64,000 bases of DNA from Chiloscyllium plagiosum (taxonomy: Eukaryota), in NCBI RefSeq assembly GCF_004010195.1, contig NC_057749.1:19027538-19091537 (forward strand), written 5' to 3'. The notes under the pieces are model-generated. The model worked only from the letters and a program-made list of their open reading frames with translations, had not been told where the DNA came from and did not search any database. This document shows, in pieces, positions 25,965 through 38,356 of the stretch; within the stretch, counting starts at the first letter, position 1, and every line of letters begins with the position of its first letter. A program made the position numbers and the translations under genes.

Positions 25965-26300
25965 GTCATGATTTGGAGATGCTGGTGTTGGACTGGGGTG
26001 TACAAAGTTAAAAATCACATAACACCAGGTTATGGTCCAACAGGTTTAATTGGAAGCACACTAGCTTTCGGAGCGACGCTCAAAAACTGAGCTCAAAAAC
26101 TGCATGAATTTATGTAAAACTCTGTTATCTCACTTTTTAGATTAGAATCCATCTAAACATCAGGTCATAGACAGAGAACACAGGGGGCTAACACCTTCAA
26201 CATATTGTCTAGCTATCACCATTGTTAACAGCTAACCCGAGAATGCAACTTTAAAAAAAAGGTTTTGTGATTTACACATGAAAGAAGTGAAACTATCACT
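25965..26300 (-). mobile_element. P2 Penelope-like tail plus adjoining probable element sequence
   Basis: tcatgatttggagatgc...ctagctttcggagcgacgct is nearly identical to 11288-11402; the extent beyond 26080 is uncertain. Confidence 0.75.
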
Positions 26301-26301
26301 A

Positions 26302-26549
26302 TTTTTTTTATTATAGATATTTTTATTAGAAATTTAACACTTTTACAAGTTTACAAAAATAAACAAAACTCTCAGATATAAACATTGATATACAATTAAC
26401 TCAAATATACAATAGCCAAAATTTAACAAAAGACAAAAAAAACCGAAAAAGAAAAAAAAACAAAACTCAACTATCTACTAATCTAACCTACAACTAACCA
26501 GAGTGTATATTTAAGTCTCTTACATGCTCGGAATGTGTTAACATCAGAT
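26302..26549 (-). mobile_element. 3' end of a poly(A)-tailed retroelement (L1/Tx1-like), cut by an assembly gap
   Basis: Minus strand is T-rich UTR-like sequence, then AATAAA (26322-26327) and a short poly(A). Confidence 0.55.
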
Positions 26550-26621
26550 NNNNNNNNNNNNNNNNNNNNNNNNNNNNNNNNNNNNNNNNNNNNNNNNNNN
26601 NNNNNNNNNNNNNNNNNNNNN

Positions 26622-27359
26622 GGAAGGAGAGACTCACACTGGCAGCTATGGTTAGACGCAGACAGCAGTTTATTTCCAGAATCTTAACTGATACAACGAA
26701 TCTACAGGCATGCATTCGTTGGAGAAGGCGTTCTCCCTTCTCGTTCAAACTTGACACAATTATACTTCGCGCTGCCTGGAGTCCCCGGTCAGTTCGCCTT
26801 CCCCATTGGTCCATTCATCTGCGTGCGCTGGGGATCTGTCCTCCTATTGGCCGCATCGAAGTGTCTGTCCAGCTCCTGCTGTGCTTGACAATGGCTCAGC
26901 CATCCCCGGGAGCGGTTCCGATCCCGTATTCAATAGTTCATTGTTTCAAGGAATTACTATGTGTCTGACAGGCTAGCCATTTTCAATAGTTTCCGTTTAA
27001 CTAAATTGTCAATTACACTTATCAACTTTAGACTTAAATAGAGCCATTCACACTTAACAGTTACAGGTTCCGATAGAGCAATTCACACTTGTCTAACAGT
27101 TACAGATTCCGATCGGTTTCTTTATTAATCCCGAGTTTCGATGGGGCAATTGATACTGGCTGGTATTTACAGGCTCCAAGATTTAATTAACATTATGCAT
27201 ATCCCTTACAAGCTCCAGCCAGGTAGTCATGCAGTCGCCAGCAGCAGCTCGCTTGGCTGTTGTTAACCATTTCAGGGCTGGAACTAGAAGTGTCTGTTGC
27301 AGAACTAGTATCACCCTCCCTAGCCCTACATTAAACACCCCAGTGAAATCTCCCCAACA
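26622..27359 (-). mobile_element. Probable LTR (ERV or LTR retrotransposon), 3' end lost in a gap
   Basis: Minus strand starts TGTTGGGG, then internal direct repeats (27038-27113), CCAAT x2 (26846-26850, 26805-26809), TATAA (26760-26764) and AATAAA (26669-26674) in U3-R order; CpG-rich. Confidence 0.7.
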
Positions 27360-27767
27360 TTGGTAAAGGATCTAAGATGTGGGACTGAGCAGTATGATGG
27401 CCATTATCATATTGAATGGCAGAGCAAGCTGAAAGGGGTGAATAGCCTATTCCTGTTCCTTTTGCCTATGAAATGGTGGAAGGAGCACTGACTGAAGGGT
27501 TTTAAGCTGAAATCTCTAACTCTCAACTTCTCTTGTATCAACTTAGCTCTGTGTAAGTATTGTCATTTTGGGTTCAATAATGATCAGTTCGACAAGGTAC
27601 ATAGTAAGAGTAAGTAGACTCTTTGGCCCCTGGAGTCTGTTCCACCTTGCTCTAATTTTAAGGATTTTTTTTTTGTTTTAAACAATTGGATTATATCAGC
27701 CCTCAAACATTTCAAGACAGGGAAAAGAACAATGTTAATAATCTTATCCTCCCAATTCCACCCAACT

Positions 27768-28890
27768 GAGTCATAAAGTCATACAGCATGGAAACAGACC
27801 CTTTGGCCCAACCTGGTCCATGCTGACCATGGTGCCCACTCAGCTAGTTCCAATTGCCACATTTGGCCCATGAGAAGGGAAACCCTTCTCATCCAAATGT
27901 TTTTTAAATGTTGCTATTGCACCTGCCTCAATTAGTTTCCCTGGCAGCCCATTCCATATACACACCACTCTCCTTGTGAAGAAGTTGCCCCTCAGGTTCT
28001 CAAGTCTTTCCCCTCTCACCTTAAACCTCTAGTTTTCAATTCCCCATTCCTGGGTAAATGACTATATGCATTCATCCTGTCTATGTCCCTCATGATTTTA
28101 TACACCTCAATAAGGTCACCCCTCATTCTCCTACATTCCAAGGAATAAAATCCTATCCTGGCCAATCTCTCCCTATAACTCAGGCCTATGAGTCCTGGCA
28201 ACGTCCTCCTAAACGTTCTTTGCACTCTTTCCAGTTTAATTACGTCTTTCCTACAACACGTTGACCACAACTGTACACAGTACTCCAAGTCCGGCATCAC
28301 CAACAAATTATACAACTGTAACATAACATCCCAACTCCTATACTCAATGCTTCGACTGATGAAGGCCAGCATACTAAATGCCTTGTTCACCGCCCTATCT
28401 ACCTTGTTCATTTTCAAAGAACTGTGTACTTGTATTCCTGGGTCCCTCTGTTCCACAACACTCCTCAGGACCTGATTATTTACTGCATAAGTCCTACTTG
28501 ACTTTCCCAAAGTGCAACACCTCACACTTATCTCTATTGAATTGCATTTGCCTATCCTCAGGCCACTTCCCCATCTGATCAAGACGCCTCTGTAATTTTT
28601 TATAACCTACCTCGCTATCAACGATTCTTCCTAATTTTATATCATTTGCAAAATTACTAATCGTGCCTTGTACATTCACATCCAGATCATTTATGTAAAC
28701 AACATATAACAAAGGTCTCAGCAGCGACCCCTGTGGTACGCCTCTAGTCAAAGGCCTCCAGTCTAAGAAACAACGTTCAACCATCAGCTTCTGCTTTCTC
28801 CATTTTGAATCCAGTAATCTAGCTCTCCCTGGATCCCATGCAACCTAACCTTCATGACTAACCTGCCTTGTGGGACCTTGTCAAAGGCCT
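27768..28890 (-). mobile_element. CR1-type LINE 3' fragment
   Basis: GVPQGSLLRPLLYVVYINDLD...NFANDIK and DLEYCVQLW...RVQRTF RT motifs. Confidence 0.93.
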
Positions 28891-31519
28891 TCTTACTAAG
28901 TCATCATATCATTCTTTGAATCTGTGCTATACTCCCTCCATAACCTTTCCGAAGTAATTTATGTAGGTGGGATGTTCAACGGCTGTCACCTTTTCAGGTA
29001 GATGTCAATATCCAAGAGATTCACTATTTGAAGAGCATTAAGGGAGTTCCCTAGTCTCTAGGTTGATTATTTGTCTCTCAACCAACATAACCAGGCAATC
29101 TGTTTTAGATTATAATCTCTTGTGCATTTGAGAGATCTTGATGTGTACCAAGTTGACTGCCACATTTGCTTACACAAATTCGTTAAAAAGTAAAGAAAGA
29201 TTTATATATAGGATTCAAATATCCAAATGTGCCCCATACCAATTAAATACTTTTGAAATTTGGTCATTGTGGTAATGTAGGACTACTAGCAATTTTCACA
29301 CAGCAAGCTTCCAGAAACAGGCATGTGATAATGACCAAAAGATGCATATTGGTCAGAACAGTGAGCGGAAAAAAAAATCCTCTCTTCTCCTTCACAGTAC
29401 TGTTGTGCTATCTACCTACCTACCTTCAGAGAGAAAAAAATGCAGCCACACTCGCAAGGAAGCTTGCACTGGAAAATGTATGTTTCAATGAGGTCACCTC
29501 ACTCTTTTCTAAACACCAGAGAGCGTAAATACAATTTATTCAGAGTCCCAGCCAATCAAGTAAACCTTTACTGTTCTGCCTCCAGTGCCAAGTATATCCT
29601 TGGTTATGGAGACCAAAACTGCATAGATTATTTCAGAGGTCTCACCAATGCATTGTATAATGAAACAATATTCCCTTACTGCACTCCAAATCCTTTGCAA
29701 TAAAGACTATCATGCATTTTTCTTCCTAATTGCTTGTTATACCTGCATCCTAACTTGTGAAAATACTCAAATCCAAAAGATGAAGGACGGTTGAATAACA
29801 TGGAATTGTTATACTACAGTGGCATCTGTAAGCTCTCTTTAAAGCTTAACCCCCAGTACCCTGTGATCAAATCCATTGATGAACCACTATAAATGGAGAG
29901 ATGCAACAAGCAATCAAATGGATGAAAAAAAGGGAAATTGCTGGGCCAAATTGTAATCTAGCCAAGGTTTGCAAAGTTGGTGGACTTTTGCTCCAACCAT
30001 GCTCTGAATATTGGACGAAAAAGAAACCTATGGCCTTGGACCCAGTTTCAGAGATGCAACAATTTTGACTATCCTCCAGAAGGGAGAAAAATCATGCTGT
30101 AGAAACAAGTTATTTCCCTGTTGTCCAAAATAGGGAAAATCCTGACATGCATTCTCCTGAATCACCTGCTTCCTGCATCTGAGAAAATCCTCCCTGTAGA
30201 CCTTCCAGAAGACCTGTACTGTGATCTTTTGTTGCCAGATAAATACAAAAAAAATGTCAAGAACACATAGCCTTCATTGCATCCATCGACCTGATCAGCC
30301 TCATGAAGATTTGTAGCAGAAATTAGTATGTCTAAATAAACCTCATCCATGAATTGATAACACCCAAATCCATCTTGATATTAACATCCAAAAATATTTG
30401 CCCCTTCTATTCCTATGGTCAAAATGAATAATTTACAAGTCCCCATGTTATGCTCGATCATGTGCCACATTCACACACATTTAACCTGTCTATATCATTG
30501 CACCATCTTTGTAGCCTCCTCAAAATTTACATTCCTACCTAACTTTATATCGTCATCATAACTTAGATACATTACTCTGCGTCTAAGTCATTAATGTAGA
30601 CAGAAAATAGTTGACACCCCAGTACTGCGGCAATCCACTAGTGACAGCCTGATGAATTGAAAATTCTCAATTAATCCCTATTCTCTGCTTGTTGTACTTG
30701 AACGAATTCACTGCAGATGTTAGTATGTTACCCTCAACTCCCTGAGCCCTTATTTTTTCTATTAACATTTTTATGTGGAAGTTCAGTGTGTGCCGAAATC
30801 CAAAAGCACTAAATCTATTGGTACCCTTTCATCAACCTGACCAGTTACATTCTCAAAAAACTAACGTATCAAACACACTTTCCCTTTTCTTAAACCATGT
30901 TGACTTTGATCATACATTGATTTTCAAATTTTATTTCCATTATTTAGACTCAGTTAAGTGCAGCTTTCAGCACTTTCCTTACAAGTGATATCAGAGAAGA
31001 CAGTGGTCCAGAGGCATTATTGCTAGACTATTAATTTGGAGGCCCAGGTAATGTTTTGGAGACTTGGGTTTAAATCCCACCATGACCGATGGTGGAATTT
31101 GAATTAAAACGTTTTTAAAAACATCTGTAATCGAATGATGACCATTGATTGTCGGAAAAGCCGTGCGACTTCACTATGTCTTTGTGGAAGGTAACTATTC
31201 TTAAGTCAGCGAACAAGATTGGAATACAAGAGCATCTCCAACAAATGTTGCCATACCAAGTCCGCTGTGGACAACAGGCCTACACTCCTGCCATGTCCAT
31301 TATTGACAGTTTGACAATGATCAAGGCAAGTCACATCCATGCATTGGTTAACTTTAGGAATGTCAGTAAAGATTGGTGAATTAGTTGCTTGCCCACTCCG
31401 TGGACACTTGGCACAACCTGCTGGGAGTGGAGAAGGAAAAAAATTGTTTAAGAAAATTATATATCACTAAGCTAAAAAAAAAACTCTTGTGCTGGTTCTA
31501 ATTTTCATTTCTCTTGTAG

Positions 31520-31727
31520 TCCCATGAGAGACGCCAGGTGATCCACTTCCAGTACCTGAGCTGGCCAGATTATGGAGTCCCGTCTTCAGCGACAGCTCTC
31601 ATTGACTTTCGGTCAGCTGTCCGACAGCAGCAAGGTCTTTCTATCCAAAGCCTGGGTAACCGGTGGAAGGGACACCCTGGAGGACCACCCATTGTTGTCC
31701 ACTGCAGTGCTGGCATTGGGAGAACTG
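31520..31727 (+). CDS. ptpn9: ptpn9 catalytic exon: [21 protein letters not shown]...[14 protein letters not shown](G)
   Basis: Acceptor ctcttgtag|TCC, donor G|gtattg; 208 nt, phase 0 to 1. WPD loop and [11 protein letters not shown] active-site signature are intact. Confidence 0.98.
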
Positions 31728-31917
31728 GTATTGTATAAAACATCAAAAACCTGCTTTATTGTGGGATTGAAGGGACAAAGGAGAAACCGATAGATCTGAG
31801 GCAGATGTTTTTTTGCACAAAACAGGAAAAAGTATGAAACTTAGTAGACTTCAGTGCCTTTAACAGTTATTGGTGTGATAAGCTAGGATTTATTTTTTAT
31901 CTTGTGATGTTTCACAA

Positions 31918-33078
31918 GCTTTATGGAATTCTTTGAGGATGTGACAAAACACATTGATGAAATAGAGCAGTATATGTGGTGTACATGAATTTTAGCAAGG
32001 TGTTGATAAGGTTCCCCATGGTAAGCTCAATCAGAAAGTAAGGAAATTTGGGATACAGGGAAATTTGGCAGACCCACAGAAGACAGAATGTGATAGTAGG
32101 TGGAAAGTATTCTGCCTGGAGCTCAGTGACCAGTGGTGCTCCTCCGGGATCTGTTCTGGGACCTTTGCTCTTTGTGATTTTTATAAATGACTTGGATGAG
32201 GAAGTGGAAGGGTGGGTTAGTAAGTTTGCTGATGACACGAAGGTCGGCAGGTGGTGTGGAGGGCTGTTGTAGGTTGTAATGGGACATTGACAGGATGCAG
32301 AACTGGGCTGATAAATGGCAGATGGAAAAGTGTGAAGTGATCCATTTTGGAAAGTCGAATTTGAATGCAGAATACGGAGTTAAATGCAGGATTCTTGGCA
32401 GTGTGGAGAAACAGGGATCTTGGGGTCCATATCCATAGATCCCTTAAAGTCACCACCCAAGTTGATAGATATGGTGTGTTGAGTTTCATTAACAGGGGAA
32501 TTGAGTTTAAGAGCCACAAGGTTATGCTGCAGTTCTATAAAGTCCTGGTTAGACCACACTTGGAATATTGTGTTCAGTTCTGGTCACCTCATTATAGGAA
32601 GGATGTGGAAGCTTTAGAGATGGTTGCAGAAGAGATTTACCAGGATGCTGCCTGGACTGGAGGGCAGGTCTTATGAAGAAAGGTTGAGGGAGCTAGAGCT
32701 TTTCTCATTGGAGCAAAGAAGGACGAGAAACGACTTAATAAAAGTGTACAAGATAATGAGGGACATAGATAGAGCGAATAGTCAGAGACTTTTTCCCAGG
32801 GCAGAAATGGCTATCACAAGAAAGCATAATTTTAAGGTGATTGGAAGAAGGTTTAGGAGAGATGTTAGAGGTAGGTTCTTTACACAGAATGTGGTTGGTG
32901 CGTTGAATGCGTCTAATGTCAGAGACATTAGGGACATTTAAGTGACTCTTGGATAGGCACATGGACGATAGTAAAATGAAGGATGTGTCGGTTGGTTTGA
33001 TCTTAGAGTAGAAAAAAAGGTCGGCACAACATCAAGGGCGGAAGGGCCTGTACTGTGCTGCACTGTTCTATGTTCTAT
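31918..33078 (+). mobile_element. CR1-type LINE 3' fragment (same subfamily as 19536-20640)
   Basis: SVLGPLLFVIFINDLDEEVEGWVSKFADDTK; tail ...gttctatgttcta. Confidence 0.93.
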
Positions 33079-35189
33079 AATTATCTGCCTTTAACTGTCC
33101 TGGCCTGTCTGAATCAGTCATTCATCTGATTCCTTTGCTCCCAATATAGCCATTGGGTGAAGTGTGAAAGCTGGCCTGTGGATTTGGGCATTTGGCTGGA
33201 CCATTTATTGTCCATTCATAAGATTCACTGATTGGGAGCCTTCTTAAACCGTTAGAATCCATTTGGAATAGGTACACATGCAATGTCGGTATGAAGGGAA
33301 TTTTGATCCAATAACTTTAAAAGAATAGCTCATTTACAAGTTTACAAATTACCGATAGCTCACCTTTTTGTTATTTAATGTCTTCTTTACACCCTGAATC
33401 CACACCATTCCAGTTACTAATCATTGTACCTAAACACAATGGCTGCAAGAGCAGATCAGAGGCAGGGGAAAAATCCATAACTAGTAACTCTGTGACTGCT
33501 CAAAGTCAGTCCATAACATACAAATCAGAGGTGTGATGGAATGCTCTTTGTCTGGATGGATGCAGCTCCAAAAACATCAAGAGACTCAATAACATCCAGG
33601 ATAATGCACCCTGCTGGATTTGGCACTCAATCCATTGCCTTAAACATTCACTGATCTCAACAGCTGCAGTGCAAAACATCTACAAGGTGTACTGCAGTCA
33701 TTTCAGAAAGCTTCCTTGACAGTATCTTCCAAAACCAAAGCCCCCTCCCAGCTAGAAGGACAAGGGCAGAAGATTTCCTTCCAAGTTGCCCATCATCCTG
33801 ACCTGGACCTATATCACATGTTTCTTCATGTTGGATGGGACAGAATTCTCAAACTCACATGGACTGTAGTGGTTCAAAAAGCTGATCACCAACTTCTCTG
33901 GGATGAGTAATAATTGTGCACTGTGCCAATGAGACCTGCATGCTGTAAATTTTAAGTTACCAGACACCATAGTTTCATTGTCTATAAGTTACTGGAAACA
34001 ACAATGTGGGTTTCAAAAAGTGTTTACAGTTTGAGCATCTGTGGTATCTTAGCTCCAAGATTCTGGCAGTGTATGTCTGTTATCTGAAATCTTGACCACT
34101 TGACATGTGATGGCTTTTGTTCTGTAATCAACATTGACAGACTGCATCATGAACAGCGCACCAACTTCTTTGCTGCTCTGTTATTTGGTGCTCCCTAGTG
34201 GGAAAGCTACAAATTGTCACTGTTGAGATTGGCCAAAGTCGAAACACATCTTTGTACCTTGGCTTATGATGCAATATGTGTACACTCAGTTTATAGTGAT
34301 GCTATTTAGAATTGGTGTGTTTGCAGTGTAGATTTAGGATACTTGGCCTAACTGTTCATGCCAGTAATTATATTTTAAATTAGCAGCCTCCTGACCTACT
34401 TCATCTCACCCTATGAACATACCATTCCCTTACTGCCTTACCCATGTCCAAATCCAACTTGCTATAGAATCATAGCATGGAAGGGGGCCATTAAGCTCAT
34501 TAAATCTGCATCTGGTCTTTCAAAGAGCAATTCTGTTAACCCCATTCCTCTAACTCTTTCCCTATATCTCTGCAATTTCTTCTCCTTCAACTAATGATTC
34601 AATTCTCATTTGAAATATTACTCAAATTGGATGCACATGCTTTTCAGGCTATGCTTTCCAAATCCTAACTACTCTTTTGCATAAGGATGTTTTTCTTCAT
34701 AATGCTTTTGGCAATCGCTTAAATCCTGTGCCGTATGCAATCTTTTCAATTACTCCAGATGGTGGGGAGTTTTCAAATTCTCACTACTTTCTGGATGAAG
34801 ATTCCTGCTGAATCACCTTTTGGATTTACTAGTGATCATCTAATATTTATCCTGCCTTAGCTTTGCCACAAACGGAAACAATCTTCTCCTCACCTATTGA
34901 ATTCGTTCATAATTTTAAAGTCCTATATCAAATCGTTCTGTCAGTCTTCACTTCTCCAGAGGAGGACAGCTCCAGCCTGATTAATCTAGCCTGATAGAAC
35001 ATAGGGCTCCAAGGAGCAGACCTCCAAGCTTCGAGAATTGGGAGAATGATGAGGCTTGTTATGGAAAAATGTGTGTGTGTGTGTGTTAGGAATCTTGTCA
35101 GTGCAGTGGAGTATGGACAACAATCATCTTGGTTATCCCCACCATTGCACAAAGACTTTGATCAGCCAGGACTGTGAGATAGTTGGTGT

Positions 35190-35760
35190 GCAGTGGCTGC
35201 CATATGTTTAAAAAAAACTCCTGTGAGCAAACTTATGTTTGGAAGCTAAAACATCAGGGCCCTCTTGGACCATTCCAGCGGCAATGGTGGCAAAATTTGC
35301 CATCATTGCTTGGTAACTCCAGCACTGGGGTTGTTGACATTGCTGCTCTGAGTGAGATGGTGGGCAGCTCAAAGAATAAAGCGGTGGATATGCCACCTTC
35401 TTGATGGATAAACGTGAAGAAGAGCACCAACTCCATGAAATTGGTTTCACCGTTTCTTAAAAAGAAAACTAGTTGATTATCTCAGTGAGCCTACTCCACA
35501 AAAGTTCCAGGACCCTCCAGTTTACCCTAATCTAGAAGCAGTACAGCATAGGCATCAGTGCCCATGCCCAACTCTAGAAGCAGTCTCTGAGGCCAAAAAC
35601 AAATTCGACTCCAGCCTCAATTGATCATTGTCTGACACAAAATGAGATAAGTTGATTCTCCTTGGTGATTTAAGTATGAGTATTTGGGAGGGGAGATTGG
35701 CAAAGGGAAGATGTTACACTGACTCCACCTTATGAAATACCTTGAACATAGACTGATCAA
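35190..35760 (+). mobile_element. Degraded RTE-clade LINE endonuclease fragment
   Basis: VDIAALSE followed, in shifted frames, by GQLKE...GGY-like and LLGDF-like segments typical of RTE APE endonucleases. Confidence 0.55.
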
Positions 35761-36524
35761 AAGAGTATGGAAGTAATCTTGTAACAAATATTAAAAACTG
35801 TCTTTAGAAGCTTCAGTAAGTATCTGAAGAGAAAATGATCAGTGAAAACAAATGTAGTCCCTTACAGTCAAGAGGAAATTACAGTCAAGGGGAACAAAGA
35901 AATGGCAGAAGAATTAAACTTGTATCTTGTGTCTGTTGAAATATTTCCCAGAAATGTTAGGAAACCAAAGTGAGAGGGAGGAATTGGAAGAAATCAATAT
36001 TAGTACAAAGAGGGTACTGGAGAATTTTAATGGGTTAAAGGCTGACGAAGATGGGGTCCTGGAAAACTGGAGGGTAGCAAATGTGTCATTGTTCAAGAAG
36101 GGCTGCAAAGAAAAGCCTGGAAACTCTGCGGTGGGTAAGTTACTTGAGAAGATTCTGAGGAATATGATGTACATGCATTTGGAAAGACAGGGTTTGATTA
36201 GGAGTAGTGGCTTTGTGAGTGGGAGCTCATGTCTCTCAAATTTATTAGAGTTCTTTGATGAAGTGACCAGGAAGGTTGACGAGACCAGGGTGGTAGACGT
36301 AGTCTAAATGGATTTCAGTAAGGCCTTTCATAAGGTTCCACATGGTAGGCTACTCTGGAAGATTAGATCGCATGGAATCCAGGGGGAGCTGGCAAATTGG
36401 ATACAAAATTGGCTTGATGATAGGAAGCAGAGGATAATAGTGGAAGGATGCTTGTTGAACTATAGGCCTGTGTCTAGTGGAGTGCCTCAGGGGTCGGTGC
36501 TGGGCTCCTTGCTGTTTGTTATAG

Positions 36525-36858
36525 ATGGCACCCCTACAGTGTAGAAACAGGCCATTTGGCCCAACAAGTCCACACCAATCCTCCGAAGGATATTCCACCC
36601 AAATCTATTCCCCTACCCTATTACATTTCCCCTGACTAATGCACCTAACCTACACATCCCCTGAATATTATGTGCAATTTAGAATAGCCATTTCACCCAG
36701 CCTGCACATCTTTGGACTGCGGGAGGAACCGGAGCACCCATAGGAAACCCACGCAGACGCAGGGAGAATGTGCAAAAGCCACACACAGTCACCCGAGGCT
36801 AGAAAGGAATCCAGGTCCCTGGTGCTGTGAGGCAGCAGTGCTAACCACTGAGCCACTG
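36525..36858 (-). mobile_element. HE1-type V-SINE nested in CR1 RT
   Basis: Interrupts the RT between LLFVI and MNDLDE. Confidence 0.9.
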
Positions 36859-37435
36859 CTATTGATATGAATGATTTGGATGAGAATGTACAAGGCGTGA
36901 TTAGTAGGTTTGCTGATGACACTAAAATAGGCGGTGTCGTGGACAGTGAGGAAGGTTATCAGAAATTGCAGCAGGACCTGGATCATCCCGGCAAGTGGGC
37001 TGAGAAAAGGCAAATGGAGTTTAATATAGATAAGTGTGAGGTCTTGCATTTTGGGAGTCAAATCAAGGTAGAAGTTTCATGGTGAATGGTAGGGCCTTCA
37101 GGAGTGTAGTGGAATGGAGGGACTTGGAGTTCAGGTTCACAGTTCCCTGAAAGTGGAGTCACAGTAGATAGGGCAGTGAAGTTTAGAAGTTAGGAAGTTA
37201 TGTTGCAGTTATACAGTATGTTGGTGAGGTCATACTTGAACTATTGTGTTCAGTCACCTTGCTATAGGAAGGATGTTACTAAACTGGAAAGAGTGCAGGA
37301 GAAATTTACAAGGATGTTGCCTGGACTCAATGGTCTGAGTTATAGGGAGAGGTTGGACAAGCTAGAACCTTTTTCTTTAGACCATAGGAGACTGAAGGCG
37401 GGGGGGGGGGGGATCTTATAGAGGCATGTAAGATC

Positions 37436-37516
37436 CAAATAAACCTGTTGGACTACAACCTAGTGTATGATTTTTAACTTTGTACACCCCAGACCAACAC
37501 TGCACCTCCACATCAT
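37436..37516 (+). mobile_element. P2 tail, extreme 3' fragment, inserted in CR1
   Basis: 7-bp TSD TAAGATC at 37429-37435 and 37517-37523; contains AATAAA. Confidence 0.8.
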
Positions 37517-38251
37517 TAAGATCATGAGAGGCATGGATAGGGTGAATGCACTCAGTTTTTTTTTCCAGTGCTGGAGAATCGAGGACTAGAGGACATCAGT
37601 TTAAAGATAGAGGGGAGAATATAAAAGGAAACCTGAGAGGCAACTTTTTTACACAGAGGATGGTACGCATATGAAATGAGCTGCTAATAGAATTGGTTGA
37701 GGTGGTTACATTACCAACATTTAAAAGACATTTAGACAAATACGTGGATAGGAAAGGATTAGAAGGATATGGGCCAGGTGCAGGAAAATGAGGTTAGCAT
37801 GAACAGACATTATGGCCGGCTTGGACCAGTTTGGGCCAAAGGACTTGTCTCTGTGCTGTAGAACTCCATGACTCCAAATCCTCAGGGCTTGTTGATGTGC
37901 ATTCCAGAATGCTGAAGTGACCCTGGAAATATTGGATACTTTGGTGGTCATCTTTCAAAATTCTGTAGACTATGAAATTGAAACAGAAATTTCTGCAGAA
38001 ACAGGTCTGGTAGTATCTGTGGAGAGAAAGCAGAGTTAACCTTTCAGAACTCATTGTGTGCAGGTTTAGTTCCTCTCTTTCCTCAGAGGGAGTGCAGTGA
38101 ACGTTCAGTAGGCTGATGCCAAGAATGGCAGAACTCTATGAAGAGAATTTGGTTCAACTGTGCCTGATTTCACCCGAGATTAGAAGAATGAGAGAGGATC
38201 TGATTAAAGCATATAAAATTCTAACTAGGCTAGACAGACTACATGTAGGAA

Positions 38252-38356
38252 TCTTATACTCCACAACAACCTGATGAAGGAGCAGTGCTCCGAAAGCTCG
38301 TGCTTCCAATTAAACCTGTTGGAATATAACCTGATGTTGTGTGATTTTTGACTTTA
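38252..38356 (+). mobile_element. P2 tail with intact hammerhead core, inserted in an older CR1 fragment (about 38050-38630)
   Basis: AC-CTGATGA-A-GGAGC agt GCTCC-GAA-AGCT-C-GT at 38269-38301; TSD TACATG(T/C)AGGAA at 38240-38251 and 38357-38368. Confidence 0.82.

Larger units (their letters stand above)
35790..37873 (+). mobile_element. CR1-type LINE (about 2 kb) with nested HE1 SINE and P2 tail insertions
   Basis: WRVANV...SCLSNLLEFF...DFSKAFHKVPH...GVPQGSVLG...FADDTKIGG...RVQEKFTRMLP. Confidence 0.93.
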
